From Pontiella sp. (GTDB lineage Bacteria > Verrucomicrobiota > Kiritimatiellia > Kiritimatiellales > Pontiellaceae), in the NCBI GenBank assembly GCA_050290185.1, contig JBNKHE010000001.1:354713-418712 (forward strand): a stretch of 64,000 nucleotides of DNA, in the 5' to 3' direction. Positions 58,201 through 64,000 of this stretch are shown here, piece by piece. The notes under the pieces are model-generated. The model was given only the letters and a program-made list of their open reading frames with translations. It did no database searches and was not told the DNA's origin. The translations under genes and the position numbers were made by a program. The first letter of the stretch is position 1. The number at the start of each line of letters is the position of its first letter.

Positions 58201-58783
58201 AACGGTCGATCTGATCGGCTTCGTAACCGGCCCGGAAGACGAACCCATCAAGGGTGTTGTAGCTGACCTTTCATTGTCTGTGGAAGGTCACGGGTACGGA
58301 ACTGACAACCAACCCCTCACCGGGGTCGACGGACGGTTTAGTATCGCCGGGCTGAATCCCGCGCTGCCCGAAGGAGCCAACTACACGCTCTTATTAATGC
58401 CGGCATCGAACTATGTTCCCGTTTCGATCAAGTTCAATGCAGTCAAGAATCCATTGCGATTCAGCTTGGAACGGGGACGGACCGTTACAGGCATCGTGGT
58501 CGACCAATCAACCGGGAAACCTTTGCAGGGTGTGGAGGTGTATGCCCGGGGCGACTGGGAAAACTGGTCGAGTGATAACCCGGGCTGGATCAATGCCGAT
58601 GCGCTCACGGACGATCAGGGCCGCTTCCGCTTCACGCGTTTGCGCCCCAACCGCCCCTACGCCATCAGCACCCGGAGTGGCTGGGAATCCGTCAACTATC
58701 CACTCCCTGCCGATGCAACACCGGACATATGCATCTCTATCAAGCCCTATCCCTGGTGGCTGGATGAGCATCCCCAGGATTGA
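55253..58783 (+). CDS. M56 (BlaR1-type) metallopeptidase with repeated carboxypeptidase-regulatory-like domains
   Basis: GPAVTG..RPVIL, AHEFAHIVRRD, FFNPAVWW, ERE.CCD. Repeats of G.VVD..G.P..GV and T...GRF. Confidence 0.88.
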   Translation: MNLLNTLSTPAWSHLIAALLHTLWLGMLSAVAVALVLRAQPANLPQQRQLACIAGLLATLIGGYMAWSLIDQGSTATSHSVPTTAIGNHPAATTIDERPAAPSQPVAYHYLPAKDNFSSQPAIHATTWAVIGWLLGVAAMLARMLRAMAGAGRLRRRAQPLPPNHLLNQILSELQSRLGSAQKAAILLVDTLSGPAVTGALRPVILWPVAWATGLPEWQVRAMLAHEFAHIVRRDYLVNLLQMVVEALLFFNPAVWWMSRQLRIEREACCDALAARLLGEAGEYNVARALAEVSGALPTGVLAFGSDQHGSLLGRVRRLLEPGHRPNLRLPWPTLLGLLALIAIALVAIKSTGDAVASKLMSHKERIATMEALKEQAPDYQHGDAELEKYTKKDRITIEGSIRMADGGKIPQDLQITSCSTLPRRIVYGGGISGTQMNAEKTQMTFALPVEFGAIHLLLKAEGYAPQFIGPLTADPGGTVEGVELVLDRGFKSDILLKDGHGNPIPDAEIQIQSEDPSQGWRLTATTGKDGVAAIEHTPNIPVKLEVRHPGYMEAITQHVVLLEGKPYKWTLEKASPATGQVVDAEHGNPLGGVEFHMQERRSSRLGNMQWQLSSGPFLGTSDAHGRFSIDTLDATSTYKIVAQSPDRSHAGMFALFPGETGKLVKLQPTLSISGVIANAEKLTRNRDGSIELAWGESLRYELGYVFLNGDVDVRENGTNTTFMLHGALPGRIEIRGSGLREVLALRGSTTNIVLNNEINGSSPKDLQAQIDAEHPMRTIHIQLQPPKGAPIPSGSIQVKYHRYEAHPELKEGFMRIGRRVSLPLDENGAATFEIPTPNRLKLKPQGLNGYWFPSHWNDNGTNVCAGGDIGTYDASYEQTLPVLPAGAIEGSIFDQQGKPAKGLLISISASGQPDADISNSLGIEIKNSASGSDDSSRFLAGPLPLDDAYRIIAHTGQYYTVSKPIRLTAEQPFAQLEIKMPETVDLIGFVTGPEDEPIKGVVADLSLSVEGHGYGTDNQPLTGVDGRFSIAGLNPALPEGANYTLLLMPASNYVPVSIKFNAVKNPLRFSLERGRTVTGIVVDQSTGKPLQGVEVYARGDWENWSSDNPGWINADALTDDQGRFRFTRLRPNRPYAISTRSGWESVNYPLPADATPDICISIKPYPWWLDEHPQD

Positions 58784-58789
58784 TCCACG

Positions 58790-58821
58790 AAAAAAGGCGC
58801 CCCAGTCGGAGCGCCTTTTTT
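58790..58821. terminator. Bidirectional Rho-independent terminator
   Basis: AAAAAAGGCGC-N10-GCGCCTTTTTT between the convergent M56 and pnp genes. Confidence 0.85.
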
Positions 58822-58842
58822 CATTTCCTATCGAAGGAAACC

Positions 58843-60942
58843 TTATTCACCGGCATCGTCGTTCAACGCAGCTTTGCGGCTGAGGCGAACGCGGCCCTGG
58901 TTGTCGATATCGATGCACTTCACGCGCATCGCATCGCCTGGCTTGCAGATGGAATCAACACTGTCGATACGCTCATTGGCCATTTCGGAAATGTGCACGA
59001 GGCCTTCCTTTCCCGGCATGCATTCAACAAACGCACCGAAGTCCTTCACGGCAATTACTTTGCCGTCGTAGGTCTTGCCGATTTCAATTTCAGCGGTTAG
59101 GGCATTAACCTGGCTGATGGCACTTTCCATCGCGTCGGCATCGACTGCAAAAATATTGACCGTGCCGTCTTCCTGGATGTCGATCTGCGCGCCGGAGCTT
59201 TCGGTAATGGCACGGATGTGCTTGCCGCCCGGTCCAATCAGAGCGCCGATCTTTTCCGGATCAATCTTAACGGTCGTGATACGCGGTGCGCTGGCAGCCA
59301 GCTCGGCACGCGGAGCCGGGATAACGCCTTCCATGTGATCGAGGATATCGCAACGACCCTTGCGGGCAATTTCGAATGCTTCGGCTACCTGGTCCCAGTT
59401 GAGGCCGTGCACTTTGAGGTCGACCTGGAAGCCGGTGATACCCTTGCGGGTTCCTACCACCTTGAAGTCCATGTCGCCGCAGTGGTCTTCCACACCGAGA
59501 ATATCGATCACTTCAATCGAAGCACCCTTTTCGTCGGTAAAGAGGCCAACGGAAATACCGGCAACCGGAGCCTTCAGCGGAACGCCGGCATCCATCAGCG
59601 CCAGACACCCGCCACAGGCGGAGGCCATGGAGGAGGATCCGTTGGAACCCATTACTTCGGATACCACACGCACGGTGTAGGGAAATTCTTCAGGCATAAC
59701 CGGAGCAATCGAACGCTCTGCCAGATTACCGTGGCCGATTTCGCGGCGGCCGGTCATACCCAGACGACCAACTTCGCCCACGGAGTACGGCGGGAAGTTG
59801 TAGTGAAGAATGAAGTTCTTTTCGTCCTTACCACCGGTAACCGCATCAAAGCGCTGTGCTTCTTTGGTGGTTCCGAGGGTCACGGTACAGATGGTCTGCG
59901 TTTCGCCACGACCGAAGATGGCCGAACCATGCGTACGGGGCAGTACGCCGACCTGCACGTCAAGATCACGGAGTTCGAGCATGCCGCGTCCGCCGATACG
60001 GGTGTTTCCTTCGGTAACGTTCTTGCGAACGGTTTCCACTTCCAGATCGTGGAATGCGTGGAAGAACTGATCGTCGGTCATTTCTTCGAAGAGCTCCTGC
60101 ATCTGCGGTTTCAGCTCTTCCTTCAGGGCGGAAACGGCGTCCTGACGCTCGATCTTGCCGGAAATCTTCATCAGTTCCTTGAACTTTTCGCCAACGAGTT
60201 CGCGGGCTTTATCAACCAAGGTAGTGTCTTTGGGCTCCGGAGCGTAGATTTTTTCCGGCATGCCGAGTGCTTTGCGCAGTTCCAGCTGTCCGTCGATGAT
60301 TTTAACCACTTCAACGTGCGCTGTTTTCATGGCTTCGATGAATTCGGCTTCGGGGATTTCCTTCGCGCTGCCTTCAATCATCATGACCTTGTCGCGTGAT
60401 CCGCAATAAGTCAGATCGATATCGCTGGCCTCGAGCTCGTCGTGATTCGGGTTGATGATCCACTGACCATCGTTACGCACAATCCGCACGGCACCGATCG
60501 GGCCGTCGAACGGCAGGTCGGTAAGCGTTAGGGCAGCAGATGCCGCATTAACGCTGAGAATGTCGGTATCCAGCTGACCATCGCAGCTCAAGAGCATGTT
60601 GTTGATCTGCACTTCGCGATGGAAGTTGTCAGGGAACAGTGTGCGGATCGGACGGTCGGTAACGCGCATGGTGAGGATTTCCTTCTCGGAAGGACGGGCC
60701 TCACGCTTGATGTAGCCCCCCGGGAAACGGCCGGCTGCATAAAACTTTTCACGGTATTCAACCTGCAGCGGGAAAAAATCGCATCCTTCGCGGGCTTCTT
60801 TTGCTGCGGTTACTGCAGAGAAAACAATGTTTTCGCCGATGCCACAGGTTACAGAACCCTGGGCTTGTTTGGCCAGCAGGCCGGTTTCGAGAACCATCGA
60901 CTTGCCGCCGACTTCGAATTCTACTTTGGTTGTACCCTTCAT
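58843..60942 (-). CDS. pnp: Polyribonucleotide nucleotidyltransferase
   Basis: [66 protein letters not shown] and S1 domains. Confidence 0.98.
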   Translation of the reverse strand: MKGTTKVEFEVGGKSMVLETGLLAKQAQGSVTCGIGENIVFSAVTAAKEAREGCDFFPLQVEYREKFYAAGRFPGGYIKREARPSEKEILTMRVTDRPIRTLFPDNFHREVQINNMLLSCDGQLDTDILSVNAASAALTLTDLPFDGPIGAVRIVRNDGQWIINPNHDELEASDIDLTYCGSRDKVMMIEGSAKEIPEAEFIEAMKTAHVEVVKIIDGQLELRKALGMPEKIYAPEPKDTTLVDKARELVGEKFKELMKISGKIERQDAVSALKEELKPQMQELFEEMTDDQFFHAFHDLEVETVRKNVTEGNTRIGGRGMLELRDLDVQVGVLPRTHGSAIFGRGETQTICTVTLGTTKEAQRFDAVTGGKDEKNFILHYNFPPYSVGEVGRLGMTGRREIGHGNLAERSIAPVMPEEFPYTVRVVSEVMGSNGSSSMASACGGCLALMDAGVPLKAPVAGISVGLFTDEKGASIEVIDILGVEDHCGDMDFKVVGTRKGITGFQVDLKVHGLNWDQVAEAFEIARKGRCDILDHMEGVIPAPRAELAASAPRITTVKIDPEKIGALIGPGGKHIRAITESSGAQIDIQEDGTVNIFAVDADAMESAISQVNALTAEIEIGKTYDGKVIAVKDFGAFVECMPGKEGLVHISEMANERIDSVDSICKPGDAMRVKCIDIDNQGRVRLSRKAALNDDAGE

Positions 60943-61077
60943 ACTTAAATTGCGCCCATTCTCTATTTTTTCTGAAGAGCGCACCTTTCCTGTTTGTTTT
61001 TATGTTTTCCGCCGGGTTTTCCGGCCGGAACCTTTCGTTTGCGATGCGCCGTTTTCGAGGTTTGTAGAAACGACACA

Positions 61078-61099
61078 AGCCCTTTAGAAATAAAGGGCT
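61078..61099 (-). terminator. Stem-loop after rpsO (terminator or processing site)
   Basis: AGCCCTTTA-GAAA-TAAAGGGCT; weak U-tail on the minus strand. Confidence 0.5.
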
Positions 61100-61137
61100 C
61101 GCGAACGAATTAGGATTTTAAACATCCTGAAAGACGA

Positions 61138-61401
61138 TTACTTACGCAAGCCGAGTTTTGCAATCAGCTCTTTGTAGCGGGCGTCGTCCTTCTTCTGCAG
61201 ATAGCTCAGCAGTTTGCGGCGCTTATTGACCATCATGATGAGGCCGCGGCGCGAACTGTGATCTTTCTTGAAGCTCTTGAGATGTTCGGTCAAATCCTTG
61301 ATGCGCGTTGTAAGCAACGCAACCTGAACCTCTACGGAACCGGTATCCTGCTCGCTGCGCTTGAATTCGTTTTTAATTTCAGCTTTGACTGCTTGATCCA
61401 C
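61138..61401 (-). CDS. rpsO: 30S ribosomal protein S15
   Basis: [31 protein letters not shown]; directly upstream of pnp. Confidence 0.98.
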   Translation of the reverse strand: MDQAVKAEIKNEFKRSEQDTGSVEVQVALLTTRIKDLTEHLKSFKKDHSSRRGLIMMVNKRRKLLSYLQKKDDARYKELIAKLGLRK

Positions 61402-61546
61402 GTTGGGACTCCTTGTTTTTCTCTTTCAATCCAAATCAGGCGCGAAACTATACGTATCGCCCCACTTCATGTAAAGCACAGTTTTCCCAGCTTTTTACGT
61501 CCTTTTTTCGTCCACCGGGAAACCGGTCTGGCCGCGCTGGCCCGGC

Positions 61547-62014
61547 CTATTCCACGAGGCGGATTTTCCCTTCCATACCCGCACGAAACGAATAGGCATC
61601 GCCCTGCTTTTTTCCGGTTAGCGCCACGCCTACCGGTGATTCCGGCGTTATGACCGTGATTTCACGTCCGTCGACCTCAAGCTCCGTTCCACCGCCGCAA
61701 TTGAGCAGGAAAAACAGGAGAACCTCCCCATCCATCTCCGTCTCGATCAACGCGCCCGCCCCGATGGGCCGACCGGAAAAATCCTTGGGTATAAACGCGC
61801 GCAACTCTTCCACCTGCATGGCCAATGCCTCGAATTGCTTCGCGTGGCCGCGTGCCAGATACGATTGCTCCAGCCCACAGGTATCCCACTTGGTCTCCGC
61901 CTTCGCCTCGACGTGGGTCGCCCCTGCCGCTGCGGTCTGCTGAGCGGCCAACTGCCGGCGCACTTCCCCGGCCAGTGCATCCTGCACGGCTTTTAAAATT
62001 TTTAACTTATCCAT
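61547..62014 (-). CDS. GreA/GreB-family-like protein
   Basis: ATHVEAKAETKWDTCGLEQSYLARG, GAGALI, VITPESPVGVALTGKKQGD. Confidence 0.8.
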   Translation of the reverse strand: MDKLKILKAVQDALAGEVRRQLAAQQTAAAGATHVEAKAETKWDTCGLEQSYLARGHAKQFEALAMQVEELRAFIPKDFSGRPIGAGALIETEMDGEVLLFFLLNCGGGTELEVDGREITVITPESPVGVALTGKKQGDAYSFRAGMEGKIRLVE

Positions 62015-62017
62015 ATA

Positions 62018-63301
62018 CTATGCTTCCCCCACCAGGTACGGCTGGCATTGCGCGGCAAGCTGGGGAGAGACACGAACGAGCAGGTCGGCGTTGGTGCCTT
62101 CGTATTCCTGTTCCAGTATCGATGCGTTTTTCTGCAGGGAGGCGATCAGCTTGCCCTCGCTCAATGGAATGGAGAGACGCATCGTGACTTTGCGCCCTTT
62201 CAGACAGTCGGCCAGTTCGTCGAACAACAGGTCAATCCCCTCGCCCGTTAACGCCGAAACTGCGACGGACTTCGGGAACTGCCGCATCAACCGCTTGGCG
62301 CAATTGCGGCCCTTCTCATCATCGATCTTGTTGAAGACATAGAGCATCGGCTTGTCGAGCCCGCCGATTTCATCAAGCACCTTGTGCACCGCCTCGATTT
62401 GCGTTTCGGCCTGCGGATGCGAAACGTCGACCACATGCAGCAGCAGATCCGCCTCAACCACCTCTTCAAGTGTGGCTTTGAAGGATTCGACCAGATGGTG
62501 CGGCAGCTTCTGGATAAAGCCCACCGTATCGGTCATCAGCATCGGTTCGTGATTGGGCAGCTCAACCTGCCGCGTGGTGGGATCCAGCGTGGCAAAGAGC
62601 TGGTCTTCGGCAAAAATATCCGCGCCGGAAATGCGATTGAGCAGCGTGGATTTCCCGGCATTCGTATAACCGACAATGGAAACCAGCGCCCATCCATGGC
62701 GACGGCGGCCACGGCGCTGCTCGGAACGGCGCGCGCGCACCTGCTCTAAATCGCGCTTAAGCGTGCCGATCATTTCATTGATGCGGCGGCGGTCCACTTC
62801 GAGCTGGGTTTCCCCCGGACCGCGCAGACCGATACCGCCCTTCTGGCGCTCCAGATGGGTCCACATGCGGCGCAGACGCGGCAACAGGTATTGATGCTGC
62901 GCCAGTTCGACCTGCAGGCAACCTTCTTTCGTCTGGGCACGCTGGGCAAAAATATCGAGAATAAGCTGGGTACGGTCGAGGACGCGTACTTCCATTACTT
63001 TTTCCAGATTGCGGCCCTGGGCCGGCGAAAGATCGTCGTCGAACACCACCATTGAAACGGGGTTTTCCTTGATCCAGTCGGAGATTTCTTCGGCCTTGCC
63101 GGTACCGATGTAGTGGCCCGCCTTGATCTTCGGCTGACGCACCAGAAAACGGCCCTTCACCTCCGCCCCGGCACTTTCGGCCAGTTGCGCCAGCTCGTCC
63201 ATCGTGTCCTTGACCTTCCACTCCTCCTCGCCGCGCAATAGCACACCGACGAGCAGAACCGTCTCGGTTTCGTTATTCTGGGTTTCCAATAATTCGGACA
63301 T
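62018..63301 (-). CDS. hflX: Ribosome-splitting GTPase HflX
   Basis: ILDIFAQRA.T.EG.LQVELAQ, RGPGETQLE, GYTNAGKSTL, FATLDPT, DTVGF, NKID. Confidence 0.97.
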   Translation of the reverse strand: MSELLETQNNETETVLLVGVLLRGEEEWKVKDTMDELAQLAESAGAEVKGRFLVRQPKIKAGHYIGTGKAEEISDWIKENPVSMVVFDDDLSPAQGRNLEKVMEVRVLDRTQLILDIFAQRAQTKEGCLQVELAQHQYLLPRLRRMWTHLERQKGGIGLRGPGETQLEVDRRRINEMIGTLKRDLEQVRARRSEQRRGRRRHGWALVSIVGYTNAGKSTLLNRISGADIFAEDQLFATLDPTTRQVELPNHEPMLMTDTVGFIQKLPHHLVESFKATLEEVVEADLLLHVVDVSHPQAETQIEAVHKVLDEIGGLDKPMLYVFNKIDDEKGRNCAKRLMRQFPKSVAVSALTGEGIDLLFDELADCLKGRKVTMRLSIPLSEGKLIASLQKNASILEQEYEGTNADLLVRVSPQLAAQCQPYLVGEA

Positions 63302-63320
63302 AATCCTCAACTGTGTTTAC

Positions 63321-63391
63321 GAACCACACCAAATACACTAAAAGCTGCTTCAGACACATCTATTTCGTGTGATTCGTATATTTCGTGGTTC
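63321..63391. repeat. Imperfect inverted repeat built from ~9-bp units (REP/MITE-like)
   Basis: Left arm GAACCACACCAAATACACTAAAA; right arm TTTCGTGTG-ATTCGTATA-TTTCGTGGTTC. Confidence 0.55.
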
Positions 63392-63998
63392 AAAAGTGAA
63401 CCGGGGTTACGCCGAGCTTTTGCCATTTGCACTTAACCGCGTCAGCAAGTTTTTCGCGAGTTGGGTACTCTGCGGTATCAATCCACTCCACATTGAGCTG
63501 GTTGCGGAACCAGGTCATCTGGCGCTTGGCCAGCTGGCGGGTGCGGATGATGGTCTTTTCCTTAGCCTGTTCCACGTTCATTTCATTGCGGAGCACGGCA
63601 AAGGCTTCGGCATAGCCAATGGCCTGAAGCGCCGTCAGCGAAAGATCCAGATGGATCAAGTTTCGGGCTTCATCAAGCAGGCCGGCGGCATACATCTTTT
63701 CCACGCGTTGTTCGATGCGGCGAAGCAGTTCTTCACGCTCGACATGCAAGCCCACAATCGTTGGCTTTGGCCGGGCATTCCACTTCCTGGCGCTGGGAGT
63801 CCGACGTTCAAGGATCCGGACCAGACGGCGCGGGTTTTGGCGGTCATCCTCGGTCAATTGGCCATAGAGTTCCGGTGCATCCTTCTTCGCCCGCTGTTCG
63901 AGCACATTAAAATCGAGGGCTTCGAGCTCTGCGCGCAATGCCTCGTTTTCAGGAGGGAGATCATCGAACCCTTCAGTCAGGCATTTGACGTAAAGGCC
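63390..63998 (-). CDS. miaA: tRNA dimethylallyltransferase, C-terminal part; 5' end outside window
   Basis: Frame open to the window edge: GLYVKCL, NPRRLVRILE, RIEQRVEKM...GLLDE, QAIGYAE, TRQLAKRQMTWFR. Confidence 0.93.
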   Translation of the reverse strand, partial: GLYVKCLTEGFDDLPPENEALRAELEALDFNVLEQRAKKDAPELYGQLTEDDRQNPRRLVRILERRTPSARKWNARPKPTIVGLHVEREELLRRIEQRVEKMYAAGLLDEARNLIHLDLSLTALQAIGYAEAFAVLRNEMNVEQAKEKTIIRTRQLAKRQMTWFRNQLNVEWIDTAEYPTREKLADAVKCKWQKLGVTPVHF

Positions 63999-64000
63999 GG

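Noticed and set aside
54845..58783. Beta-lactam resistance cassette
   Set aside because: No beta-lactamase and no penicillin-binding sensor domain recognisable.
63321..63391. CRISPR array
   Set aside because: Units are ~9 bp without unique spacers, and there are no cas genes.

Overview
Bacterial chromosomal window, probably PVC superphylum (Kiritimatiellota/Pontiella-like; inferred from gene style only). Housekeeping flanks: partial gspD secretin, MurC/Mpl-like ligase, TrmH, panE, trhO, comEC, fur, ferredoxin, purH, msrA, cydAB, leuB, pncC, mgtE, recO on the left, and blaI/M56, pnp, rpsO, hflX, partial miaA on the right. Between them is a ~24 kb cell-surface glycosylation locus (30.6-54.8 kb). 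The best candidate for a new system is a pseudaminic acid operon (pseB-C-F-G-I) with no pseH. It instead carries an AT-rich block encoding an ATP-grasp ligase, PseG, a sulfotransferase and a fold-III PLP decarboxylase, which predicts an unusually modified nonulosonic acid. Next to it are a GtrA/GT2/GT-C triad, a TMEM260-like (DUF2723) putative protein O-glycosyltransferase, a YfhO-like GT-C, a GT10 fucosyltransferase and a second sulfotransferase. Features missing from the ORF track include a 59-aa ribbon-helix-helix gene with a candidate operator, a frameshifted methyltransferase remnant, a BlaI-type palindrome, and a 9-bp-periodic inverted repeat between miaA and hflX. I saw no rRNA, tRNA, CRISPR array or intact mobile element. 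All calls come from motif recognition by eye; no searches were run.
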